Translations under genes and position numbers: made by a program | The notes under the pieces: generated by a model | What the model was told of the DNA's origin: nothing | The model's database searches: none | The model's input: only the letters and a program-made list of their open reading frames with translations | From: the human T2T-CHM13v2.0 reference genome, Homo sapiens | Assembly (NCBI RefSeq): GCF_009914755.1 | Contig: NC_060930.1 | DNA length: 64,000 bases | Strand: one strand, 5' to 3' | Part shown: piece after piece, positions 31,129-45,949 of the stretch | Layout: the number at the start of each line of letters is the position of its first letter | Position numbering within the stretch: the stretch's first letter is position 1

Positions 31129-33501
31129 TGTATTGCTTTGCTTTCACACTTCTATAAAGAACTACTTGAGACTGGATAATTTAGAAAGAAAAGAAGTTTA
31201 ATTGACTCGTGGTTCTGCAGGCCTGGGGAGGCCTCAGTAAACTTACAATCTTGGTGGAAGGTGAAAGGGAAGCAGGCACCTTCTGTTCAAGGTGGCAAGA
31301 GAGAGAAAGCACGCAGGGAAAAACTGCCACTTTTAAAACCATCAGATATCATAAGAACTCCCTCACTATCATTAGAACAGCATGGGGGAAACTGCCCCCA
31401 TCATGCGATCACCTCCCATCAGGTCTCTCCCATGACATGTGGGGATTGCAATTTGAGATAAGATTTGGGTGGGGACAGAGCCAAACCCTATCATTCTGCC
31501 CCTGGCCCCTGTCAAATTTTATGTCCTTTTCACATTTCAAAACCAATCATGCCTTCTCAACAGTGCCTCAAAGTCTTAACTCATTCCAGCATTAGCCCAA
31601 AAGTACAAGTCCAAAGTGTCATCTGAGACAAGACAAGTCCCTTCTACCTATGAGCCTGTAAAATAAAAACAAGTTAGTTACTTCCAAGATACAATGAAAG
31701 TACAGGTATTTGGTAAATGTTGCTGTTTTGAAATTGGAGAAATTGGCCAAAACAAAGGGGCCAAAGGCCCCAGGCAAGTCCAAAACCCAGCCAGGAAGTT
31801 ATTACATCTTAGAGCTCTGAAATGACCTCCTTTGACTTAATGTCTCACATCCAGGGAATGCTGATTCAAGAACTGGCCTCCCAAGGCCAGTTCCCAAGGG
31901 CAGTTCCACCCCTGTGGCTCTGCAAGATACAGACCCAATGGCTGCTTTAATGGGCTGGCATTGAATGTCTGCAGCTTTGCTAGGGACATGGTGCACTCTG
32001 TTGGTGGATCTACCATTCTGGGGTCTGGATGATGGTGGCCCCATTATCACAGCTCCACCAGGCAGTGCCTCAGTGGAGACTCTGTGTGGGGGCTGTAATC
32101 TCACATTTCCTCTCTGCATTGCCCTGGTAGAGATTCTCCATGAGGGAGTCCATCCCTGCAGCAGACTTCTGTCTGAACATCCAGGCATTTCCATACATCC
32201 TCTGAAATCTAGGCAGAGGTTTCTAAACCCCAAGTCTTGCCTTCTGTGCACCAGTTGGCCCAACACCATGTGGAAGCCACTGAGGCTTGGAACTTGCACC
32301 CCCTGAAGCCACGGCCAGAGCTGTACTTTGGCGTCTTTTAGCAATGGCTAGAGCTGAAGCATGGTTGCAGTGTACCATGTCCTGAGGCTGCACAGAGCAG
32401 CTGGGACCTGTGCCTGGCCCATGATAGCATTATTTTCCTCCTAGACCTTCAGACCTTTGATGAGAGAGGTTTCTGTGAAGGTCTCTGAAATGCCCTGGAG
32501 ATATTTATGTCATTATTTGGCCATGAACATTTGGCTTCTCTTTACTTATTCAAATTCCTGCAACAGGCATTTCTCCCCCAGAAAAATGCGTTATTTTCTA
32601 CCACATTGTCAGGCTGCACATATTCCAAGCTTTTATGCTCTGCTTCTCTTTTAAATATAAGTTTCCATTTCAGATAATCTCTTTGTTCACACATGTGAGT
32701 GTACACTTTTAGAATCAGCCAGGTCATATCTTGAATGCTTTGCTGCTTTGAAATTTATTCGAACAGATACCCTAAATCATCTCTCTCAAGTTCAAAGTTC
32801 CACAGATCTCTAAAGTGGGGGCAAAATGCTACCAGTCTCTTTGCTAAAGAATAGCAAGAGTGACCTTTACTCTAGTTTCCAATAAGTTGCTCATCTCGAT
32901 CTGAAACCACCTCAGCCTGGACTTCACTGTCCATATCACTATTGGCATTTTGGTCACAAGCATTCAACTAGTCTCTAGGAAATTTTGAACTTTCCCCCAC
33001 TTTCGTGTCTATTCTGAGCCCTCCAAACTGTTCCAATCTCTGCCCATTACTCAGTTCCAAAGTCACTTCTATATTTTCAGATATTTTTATAGCGGTGCTT
33101 CACCCCCCCATACCAATTTTTTTGTATTACATTTTCACACTCCTGTAAAGAATTTCCTGAGACTAGGTAATTTATAAAGAAAGGAAGTTGAATTGACTCA
33201 CAGTTCCACAGTCTTAAAAGGAAGCATGACTGGGACACCTGAGGAAACTTACAATTATGACAGAAAGTGAATGGGAAGCAAGCACCTTCTTCCCATTTTG
33301 CCAGGAGAGACAGAGAGAGTGACAGAAAGTACCCCATACTTTTAAAATATCAGATCTTGTGAGACCTCACTATCACAATATATCAGCAAGGGGAAAATCT
33401 GCTCCCATGATCCAATCACCTCCTACCAGGTCCCTACCCCAATAATGGGAATTACAATTCAACATGAGATTTGGGTGGGTACACACAGCCAAACCATATC
33501 A
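31129..33501 (-). mobile_element. THE1D-like MaLR with two LTRs (31129-31493 and 33123-33501) and internal region
   Basis: LTR termini tgtatt...atca; internal region homologous to 27645-29463; TSD ttcca / atcca. Confidence 0.9.
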
Positions 33502-34499
33502 ATCCATGTATGCACCTAAAAGTCACATGCATTTAGAAAGTATTCAGAAGTTTATTTGGTGTGTAAGAGATTGCCTAAAACTCCTTCTGTCTTCCTAAAC
33601 TCCATATATGTTAAGCAAAAACAACAACCCCCCACAAAACCTTATTTTATACTTTTATATTTATGAGAACAGAACAAGTTATCAGCTTGTTTATACTGAG
33701 ATATTACCAAAGGATGTTACTATAACCTCTTCTTGGTAAAATATATTAGTAATATTCATGTTGAAGGTATTTAAATTTAGACATTAGGTATATTTGGGCT
33801 TAGATATATATATGTGATAAAGTGAATATGAGCTCATTTGGTACAATTTAGTGAGACTTGGTCATAATGATTTTTTAATTTTAGTGCATTATTCACTTGT
33901 TATCTGAAGAAAAATGAAACAGTTGAGCTGATAAAATGTTACTTAAAAAAGTCTTAGAATAAAATAAATTAATGAGAAATAAATTCACATTACTGATATA
34001 ACAAAATTGATAGGAAATTTTATTATGAATCAGTCAGGGTTAAATGTATGATAGAAAGAAGAGGAGAAACAGTAATGGAAGACACTGTGCATGCTTGAGT
34101 TCGAGGGGAAATCTTAAGTGCATTTTTTGACCCAAAGTTAACTTCTTAAGACTTTTTAACAATAATCTTAGAGAGGATCTAGAAGTCAGTTAGCTGGCCA
34201 AAAGGAGCTACTCATCTCATAACAATAGACACTGACACTCATCCTGAGTGGATAATGGCCTACTCTCAGAGTATCCTGCCCTAGGATAGAGACATTGGGA
34301 ACTTGGTGCCATTTGTAAGTAATGGGTGTTAAGTACTCACAGTAGTCATGTCACTGGAAGATTAAAATGGCTTGTCTTTGTTTTATTAGGCTAATGTAGA
34401 AGTCATCTGCAGTATTAAAATGAATATATGAATTCAATAAATGTAAATTTTTAACATTAAATAGGTGCTACAACTACTTACTTAAAAACATACTTAAGA

Positions 34500-34990
34500 T
34501 GCCATATCACTTAGGATACTTTTGCCTACAAAGTAAAAGGAATCTTAAATATGATAATGTTTCTTATCTCACACAGCAAGAAGTCCAGAGGTAGAACAAG
34601 ATCCTGACCTGATGCCATTAGGGCTTTGGTTCCATATCTCTCCACTTCTCAGGATTTATTTATTTATTTGGTATTGACTTTGACTTTGTTCTTGAGCAAA
34701 AGATGCCTACCAGCACCTACTGGGCAACATGCATTTTGTTCAAGTATGGTGAGAAACAGAAACTTTCTTCTAAGTATGGAATGTAAATCCCTATGTTCAG
34801 CCTGATTGGTCCATTTACCCTCTCTTGAACAAATAAACTCTAGGAGAACGCTGTGTACTAATTGGCTTAACTCTAGGTTTCTCAAAAGAAAAAAAAATTG
34901 GCAACAGTTAATATGGTTGGCTTAGACTAAACAGAATAAAGATTGATTATTTTACAAACCAAAAAAGAGGGAATGGGTGCTGGTTAGACT
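34500..34990 (-). mobile_element. Old MLT1/LTR33-type LTR remnant
   Basis: tctcacacagcaagaagtccagaggtag, caaaagatgcctaccagca, cctgattggtcc. Confidence 0.45.
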
Positions 34991-35343
34991 GCATCAACAT
35001 TTATTGAAAGAGTTTGCTATATTTGGTTATATAATAAGCATACATATAAACACAACAAGTAAATCATTGCTTATCTATTTTTCTGCATTGAAATACCACC
35101 TTATTTTATACTACTGGCTGTATTCACCCATCAAAACTGAAAAAGTTAGGGTCATAAGCAGGAGATTTCTTCAAATCGTAAACAAAATTTGTTTATATTA
35201 AATTATTCAAGCTTATATTAAACTATTCAAAGGTGTTTGTATTAAACTGTATTGATATTAAACTGTTTGAAGTTTATAAAAAATATTTGAAAGTGTTCTT
35301 TAAAGTTTAGCTTGAGATGACAGAAACTATACTTGAAAATTTC

Positions 35344-35976
35344 TGTTACCAGACCAAACTGATGGTCTGGCTGCTATTTCTTGTGGCCCAATAATGAGAT
35401 GCAGATGAACTGGGGAGGAACAGAGTTTTTATTTCTGTAACCAGTTACAGAGAGAAGGCTTGGAAATTATTGCCAGACCAACTCAAAATTCCAAAGTTTT
35501 CCAGAGCTTATATACTTTCTAAGCTATATGTATATGTGTAAGTGTGCATTCATCTAAAGAATCATCTAAGTGTGATTAACTCCTTTTAATCTGTAACTAA
35601 GGTCTGTGTACTGAAGACCTTTCTCTGGAGCCTCAGTAAATGTATGTAATCTAAATGGATCCAGGTGCTGGGGTGACTACCCTTACCTTATCTCCTGCTA
35701 AATCACTGAGGAGTTCCTTCAGACCCCCAGTAAACTTGTTTTGGAGGCCTGGGGAGTTTCTTCAGACCCGCAATAAAACGTGTTTAATTCTAAATGGGTC
35801 TGTTAAGAATTCCTTCATTATTTTATCATGCTTTAAGGCCCAGGAAAGGCCTAGGCAAAACTCTTCATGGGCTTTTGTTACATCCCAGCCTTTGTATAAG
35901 GGAACTGGCTTTTAATATTTAACTTAACCACTCAGTCAGTACTGAAACAGTTGTTAGTGAAAACTGGCCAGCCCCA
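35344..35976 (-). mobile_element. ERV solo LTR (ERV1-like, subfamily not assigned)
   Basis: TG...CA termini, TSD tttc at 35340-35343 and 35977-35980, reverse-strand AATAAA (tttatt near 35428), internal repeat ttcagaccc. Confidence 0.8.
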
Positions 35977-36014
35977 TTTCCATATGGGAGTTTAAAATTA
36001 ATTTAAAAATTAAT

Positions 36015-36387
<373 letters not shown>

Positions 36388-36840
36388 CTATTAAGAAAAA
36401 AGAACTAGCTATTTGAGTGAACAAAAATATGGTGAAAGAACAAATGACTTTTAAAAAAATGGCATGGAAAGTAATCACTGCTTTTTAAAAGATGTCAGAA
36501 AACATCTGAAAAGACAACAAGAGTATACTATCTTCAACAGACTAAAAGTTTTACCATTCTAATTCTAACAGCTTTCCTCTGGTTTTTCTTTTAAAATTCA
36601 TAGCATATTATCTACAGATTTACACAATTTGCAATAAAAAAGCTATAATAGTAAAGTGTATGATTTACCAAAGAAGGCTGAGATATTTTAAATATTTTTT
36701 TTAAATGGGGCTGTTTTAAGTGGCTTACTTTGATTGGGAACTCTTAAATCAGAATAGAGCTTCCTCTGGGTTAGAAAAATATCTATTAACATTTTTCATA
36801 ACTAACAGAGGGTCTTTCATTCTAAGTGCCTTTTTATGAA

Positions 36841-37349
36841 TGCTGGGAATAACGTTCAAAATCCTAAGGAAATTGAACACTCAAACACAGGATTCTTAGC
36901 AAAGTAATTTTACTTCTGCACAGAGGGGTGCTTCTCCTTGGCCAGTCACCATGAGAGCACACCTGAACAAAGGGGCACAAGAGCCTTTATTCCTGACACA
37001 AGTCCTGCCCCTGTACACTTTCCCCATTGGCTGGGGTCAGGCCATACAATCTAAAGTAATCCCGGCGGGCTAAACATTTGAAATTTTTTTAGATAAGGTG
37101 GGCACGTAAGGGAGAGAGAGGAAAGGGGAAGGGGTGTCTGCAATGAGCTAGAGAGCTAGTATTCTTTCCAGATAAGGAAAGGAATGTGAGCTGGTACTGA
37201 TAATGCCTGGTACTGTGGCATGTCTGGGCATGTAACAAAGGCAGAAAGGAAGAAAAAAGAGAAAAAGGGAAAAGGGGTAGGGGGCACTATGAATTAAAGA
37301 ATAAAGGATTGATCAGCCTATTTGAAGAGAAACCTCATCATATCCCACA
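36841..37349 (-). mobile_element. LTR10-type (HERV-I group) solo LTR
   Basis: Reverse complement begins TGTGGGATATGATGAGGTTTCTCTTC; 5-bp TSD atgaa at 36836-36840 and 37350-37354. Confidence 0.82.
37216..37235. promoter_or_regulatory. Candidate p53 response element in the LTR10
   Basis: tggCATGtct gggCATGtaa: two decamers, no spacer, 3 mismatches to RRRCWWGYYY x2. Confidence 0.55.
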
Positions 37350-39029
37350 ATGAATAAAACACTATAAGATACTTAACCTAAATTGGTTCTTCTGTCCCAG
37401 TTTTTGGATCTTACAGGTCAAAATTTGCACCTTAAATTATTAGGTGTAAATCATTTAACGGTCATAACACATTTAACTCATCTTAGTACTCTTTTAGAAG
37501 TTGTTAGTGACTTACCTAAACAATTCAGCAGTCCAGGCAATTGCCCATGACCTGTGGCTTTCCTGCATTTCTCTTACTACCTACAAATCTTCCTGGCACT
37601 CAGGAGGAAACAGGACTAAGGCTTGCCTTAGAAAAGTTGTGGATAATGAGAAATTTTCCTTGAAGTAAAAATTATCTGATTTGGTGCTTAATTCTTTCAC
37701 AGTGCAGGAATTTTGCTCATTCTGTAAATTACAAGGCACCATCTATGGTAATGATTTACAGTCATTTGTAAGCTGGAGGCAGAAACTGACTCATAAAAGG
37801 GAATGTGTATTTCATTTTATCATCTACCAAACATTTATCTGATTTCTGCGAAGAAATTTAATATGCAGCAAGTTGGTAGAAAGTATTCTACACCAATGTC
37901 AATTTCAAAATCTGCCTTTAAAACTTCAGTAACTTCTGCTACTCAAGGGAAATTTATTGAATAAAAATAGATGACAAGGAATAGACAACCTGAAAACATG
38001 TCTCTTTCTTGGATCACATAAGCCTTTTATAAAGGATGCTAATAAAATGTATCCATAATATGTCAGAACAATTATTTAACTTGACTATCAAAGAACTAGA
38101 AACTGAAGTAGAGTAATTACAATTAATTCAGTGGCTGTAGTTTTTTTTTTTAACAGGGACTTAAATCATTAAGAAATTAAAGTTGGCAATAATTTGTTTT
38201 GTACTGGGAGCCCTATAAGAAATATCTGAGAAAAATGAAATCTGTGAAAGATTAATAAAAAACAAGAGGAAGGCAGTTGGATTTACATGACTTAATGTCA
38301 GTAAAATACATTGTCCTCATTGACACCAGTCAGATATTTTCTAGCAGTGAAAATAGGTTCTATCAACTATCTATTAACATATGAGGTAGGCTTTAAAACA
38401 ATTAAATTAGTTTTTAACCAAATATCTGGTTCTTTCACATTGGATAGACATGTTGTTTATTTAATTCTGAAACTTAGAGACAAAATGGTAAGCATTTTAA
38501 TTCCTTAGGGGAAAACATACCTTATTATGTAGTCATTAACTATTTTATTAGTCTTTTTTATTATTTCAAGGAAGGATTTATTATATTTTCCTCAAAGATT
38601 CAACTTTTGGCTTCTAAATTAGTAAGACAAAGGACCTGATTTTTCCAAGTATACCAGAAAGTTAAAACCTAAATCAAACTAATAAACAAACAAACAAAAA
38701 TTCTTTTAGAATAATTTGTAAATCTTCTAATGAAACTCATTAGAAAAAAAGGTGGCATAGTCAACAGACTTTTTTCCATGTTACTACTTTAAGTGAGAAT
38801 GTCTGTGTAAGCATATATTTAATATGTATGCAATTTAATACATTAAATATTAGTATACAGTTTTAATATATTATGCATACTTTAAATACATATAAAAATT
38901 ATAATTCTAATTTGAAAAATTATTATATGCCTTTTCATGTGTCAGAGATTCACAACTGGATTATGAAATAAACCAACGATAATCCAAATTAATTTGCTCA
39001 AGAAGCAGCATTAAGCACAAATATTTCTT

Positions 39030-41390
<2,361 letters not shown>

Positions 41391-43200
41391 TAGAAAAGTA
41401 AGAATCTGTCTCTAAATTTGTAGCTACTATTTCCTGTGATATAAAACAAATACAAATACTTAAAATCAGTGCTTTCAAAACACACTTGTATTCAATATAG
41501 TTTCTGGGGAAAATTATATTTAGAATTACATTAGAAAATAACTATATATTTTATTTCTTTTTTAAAAAAAGCAACTGTAATGCTAAATCTGTTTCATTCT
41601 GTGAGATATGGGATATTCAATGTACCTAGGTGAATAAAAATGTATTCTTAGTTTCTGAGAATACTGATGGGTTTATGCTAAAAAAAGTCATAACTAATTC
41701 CAAAAGGAGTAAGTAAAGGAAAGCAAAACATATCCCGCAGACATTCAGCAAAAAGAATGCTCTGTGTTCTTCAGCTGACCTTTGGAGTTCTTCAATACCA
41801 GTTTTGGCAGCATTTGTGATGCCTTTGTGAAGGGAATGGTGGTAGCTAAGTAGGTGAATCAATAACTCAGGGTGAATCTATACACAGTTGTAGAGCTAAA
41901 AAGACCCGCATAGTTGATTCTTTCATTCCTAGCTAGAATCCACACTGGGTTAAAATAAAGATGAACATGGAAACACCAGTCTCTACAACTATTAAGACAG
42001 TTGTATAAGTGTTTACCCTGTTTCTGCTTCAATGCGTAAACCACAGATATGTGCCTCAACAACCTCAGAGTATACAAGATGTCATAGAATATAACTTAAA
42101 TCTAAGAGGGCATACAGGAATAGACTTCCCTCCAAATTGAATTGAATGATTTACACATTTGCCAGGACTAACTATAGCAATCTCTTTGAACTTACTAAGA
42201 AAATATATCAGAATGGAAAATCTAATTTAATTTGAGAATTGATTTTGATTAATTTGGTTTTGATTGATAAAATTATATGATACAAATAATATTTAAGCTA
42301 ATGTGAAAATGACATAAAACATATATTTAAAATGTTTTAAATATTTATGGATGGTGTTCTTGATTGGAAATTGAAGCTAAAGGACTATATTATTGGCAAA
42401 CTCTGACTTTTGTAACTCCCTGAAAATCCTGCTTTCTTCCAGTTCTACCAATTGCATAACCACAGAAGTGAAGATAAGCTACATTATGAAGTTTAGTTAC
42501 TCATTTAACTAATAATTATGGATCATGTATACAAAGTGTGTGCCGTATTTCCACCTATGTGTGAAGAGTTTATAATGTAATGGGGACATACACATACAAA
42601 GCTAAGTCAAAAATTGTGGTTCCCTGGACATAATATTTGGAATTGCTAAGAGTTTCTTTCACAAAAAAATTTCTTATTGCTTCAAGAATTTTTTTACTGG
42701 TGGAGCTATTAGCCTTTATTTTCTCAGTAAGAAGACAGGTACATTCATACAAATTAAGTCAGGTGAAGGGCTGTAACCACACCCAATTATCCTCCCTAAA
42801 AGGTGAAAACAGTGGCACCTTCTCAAGAACCGAGGCAACATTTAAACCCTGCTCAGATTCCTTTTGATTTTCTCCAAAGCTTGTTCCTTCCTTGATCAGG
42901 AAGGCTTTTGTTATCTTTGCATGTACAAATAAATTGTCTTTATGTTTCATGCTGCATTCTTCTAAGCTCTCTGATTAACTTTCCTGAACTTTTTCTTGTC
43001 CTCCATATTTGGTCTCAAATTCTAAAACTGAGTTCTTTTGAAAATCAAAAGCTATAACAAAATTATTTTTTCTTTCCAACTTTGGACTCTTACACATATA
43101 AAATGATTTGGCTTCTGACTCCTGTCTATCCTCTGACTAAAGCAATTCATTTACTTTTCCAGTATTCCAGGCTGCAATCCTGCTATTCTTTGGGTCAAAG

Positions 43201-43598
43201 TATCAGGCCTCTGAGCCCAAGCTAAGCCATCATATCCCCTGTGACCTGCACATATACATCCAGATGGCCTGAAGTAACTGAAGGATCACAGAAGAAGTGA
43301 AAATGGCCTGTTCCTGACTTAACTGATGACATTACCTTGTGAAATTCCTTTTCCTGGCTCATCCTGGCTCCAAAGCTCCCACACTGAGCACCTTATGACC
43401 CCCACCCCTGCCTGACAAAGAACAACCCCCTTTGATTACTTTTCCTTTACCTACCCAAATCCTATAAAATGGCCTACCCCTAACTCCCTTTGCTAACTCT
43501 TTTTTCGGACTCAGCCCGCCTGCAACCAGGTGAAATAAACAGCCTTTTTGCTCACACAAAATCTGTTTGGTGGTCTCTTCAGATGCATGCTAGTGAAA
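43201..43598 (+). promoter_or_regulatory. HERV-H 5' LTR7
   Basis: t(a)tcaggcctctgagcccaagctaagcc...cctataaaa TATA-like box...aataaa...gtgaaa. Confidence 0.93.
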
Positions 43599-43600
43599 TT

Positions 43601-43616
43601 TGGTGCCGTCTCTGAT
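43601..43616 (+). other. Degenerate tRNA-His primer-binding site
   Basis: tggtgccgtctctgat versus canonical TGGTGCCGTGACTCGGAT, 2 nt after the LTR. Confidence 0.8.
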
Positions 43617-44242
43617 CGGGGGACCTCTCTTGGGAGATCAATACCCTGTCCTCCTGCTCTTTGCTCCATGAGAAAGATCCATCTACGACCTCTGGTCCTC
43701 AGACCAACCAGCCCAAGGAACACCTCACCAATCTTAAATGGGGTAAACGCCCTCTTTTTACTCTCTTCTCCAAACTCTCTCACTATCCCTCAACCTCTTT
43801 CTCCTTTCAATCTTGACACCACACTTCAATCTCTCCCTTCTCTTAATTTCAGTTCCTTTCCTTTTCTGGTAGAGACAAAGGAGATGTGTTTTATCCGTGG
43901 ATCCAAAACTCCGGCGCCGGCGATGGACTGGGGAAGACAGCCTTCCCTTGGTGTTTAATCAAGTGGGGATGCCTGCCTGATTATTCACCCACATTTCATT
44001 GGTGTCTGATCAACATGGGGACGCCTGCCTTGGTCATTCAACCACATTCCCTTGGTGGCAAATCAATTGTGGGGATGCCTGCTTTGGCTGCTCACCCACA
44101 TTGCAGCCCAGGGCTGCTCACCCAACCCCTTCTCTCCATGTCTCTACCCTCTTTTCTCTCCACTTTCCTTGGGGGCAAACACCCCCCACCCCTCCTCTTC
44201 ATGTCTCTACCCTCTTTTTTCTCTGGACTTGCCTCCTTCACT

Positions 44243-45480
44243 ATAGGCAACCTTCCACCCTCCATTCCTCCTTCTTCTCCCTTAGCCTGTGTTCTCAAGA
44301 ACTTAAAACCTCTTAAACTCTCATCTGACCTAAAACCTAAATGCCTTATTTTCTTCTGCAATGCCACTTGGCCCCTATACAAACTTGATAATGACTCTAA
44401 ATGGCCAGAAAACAGCACTTTTGATTTTTCCATCCTACAAGATCTAAATAATTCTTGTCTTAAAATGGGGAAAGCGTCTGAGTTGCCTGACTTGCAGGCA
44501 TTGTTTTACACATCAGTCCCTCCCTAGTCTCTGTTCCCAATGTAAATCATCCCAAATCTTCTTTCTTTCCCTCCCACCTGTCCCTTCAGTCCTAACCCCA
44601 AGCATCTCTGAGTCTTTTGAATCTTCCTTTTCTACGGACCCATCCGACCTCTCCCCTCCACCCCAGGCTGCTCCTTGCTAGGCAGAGTTAGGTCTCAATT
44701 TTTCCTCATCCTCTGCTCCCCTACCTTATAATCCTTTTATCACCTCCCCTCCTCACACCCGGTCCAGCTTACAGTTTTGTTCTGCCACTAGCCCTCCCCA
44801 ACCTGCCCAACAATTTCCTCTTAAAAAGGTGGCTGGAGCTAAAGGCATAGTCAAGGTTAATGCTCCTTTTTCTTTATCCAACCTCTCCCAAATCAGTTAG
44901 CATTTAGGCTCTTTTTCATCAAATATAAAAATCCAGTCTAGTTCTTGGCTCATTTGGCAGCAACCCTGAGAAGCTTTACAGCCTTAGACCCTAAAAGGTC
45001 AAAAGGCTGTCTTATTCTCAATATATATTTTATTACCCAATCCACTCCTGACATTAAATAAAACTCCAAAAATTAAATTCCTGCCCTCAAACCCCACAAA
45101 AGGACTTAATCAAACTGGCCTTCAAGGTGTACAATAATAGAGTAGAGGCAGCCAAGTAGCAACGTATTTCTGAGTTGCAATTCCTTGCCTCCACTCTGAG
45201 ACAAACCCCAGCCACATCTCCAGCACACAAGAACTCCAAACACCTGAACCACAGCTGCCAGGGGTTCCTCCAGATCTTCCTCCCCCAGGAGCTTGCTACA
45301 AGTGCTGGAAATCTGGCCACTGGACAAGGAATGCCTGCAGCCTGGGATTCCTCCTAAGCCATGTCCCATCTCTGTGGGACCCCACTGAACTCACTGGCAG
45401 CCACTCCCAGAGCCCCTGGAACTCTGGCCCAAGGCTCTCTGACTGACTCCTTCCCAGATCTTCTCAGCTTAGTGTCTGAA
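44243..45480 (+). pseudogene. gag: HERV-H gag remnant
   Basis: (I)GNLPPSIPPSSPLACVLKNL...WPENSTFDFSIL with ATG changed to ATA at 44243; zinc-knuckle remnant CYKCWKSGHW at about 45294; stops and frameshifts. Confidence 0.85.
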
Positions 45481-45539
45481 CACTGACAATTCCCGATTGC
45501 CTTGGGAGCCCCCTAGACCATCACGGATGCCGAGCTTTG

Positions 45540-45912
45540 GGTAACTCTTACTGTGGAGGGTAAGTCCGTCCCCTTCTTAATCAATATGGAGGCTACCCAC
45601 TCCACATTACCTTCTTTTCAAGGGCCTGTTTCCTTTGCCTTCATAACTGTTGTGGGTATTGATGGCCAGTCTTCTAAACCTCTTAAAACTCCCCAACTCT
45701 GGTGCCAACTTAGACAATACTCTTTTAAGCACTCCTTTTTAGTTATCCCCACCTGCCCAGCTCCCTTATTAGGTCAAAATATTTTAACTAAATTATCTGC
45801 TTCCCTGACTATTCCTAGGCTACAGCCACACTTCATTGCCACCTTTTCCCCCAGTTCAAAGCCTCCTTCACATCCTCTCCTTGTATCTCCTCACCTTAAT
45901 CCACAAGTATAG
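45540..45912 (+). pseudogene. pro: HERV-H protease remnant
   Basis: FLINMEATHS (catalytic DTGA lost) and PAPLLGQNIL. Confidence 0.85.
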
Positions 45913-45949
45913 TACAACTCTACTCCCTCCTTGGCTACTGATCATTCAC

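Noticed and set aside
31802-32344. 180-aa minus-strand ORF
   Set aside because: Lies in the THE1 internal region; a frameshifted MaLR ORF remnant
43940-44100. Short repeated units (gggatgcctgc...ccacatt...ttggtg) resembling an array
   Set aside because: Degenerate HERV-H leader repeats; not CRISPR-like, and the sequence is eukaryotic
43886-44527. Longest ORF (213 aa) as a novel protein
   Set aside because: It is HERV-H leader plus gag N-terminal remnant, with the gag ATG mutated and an early stop
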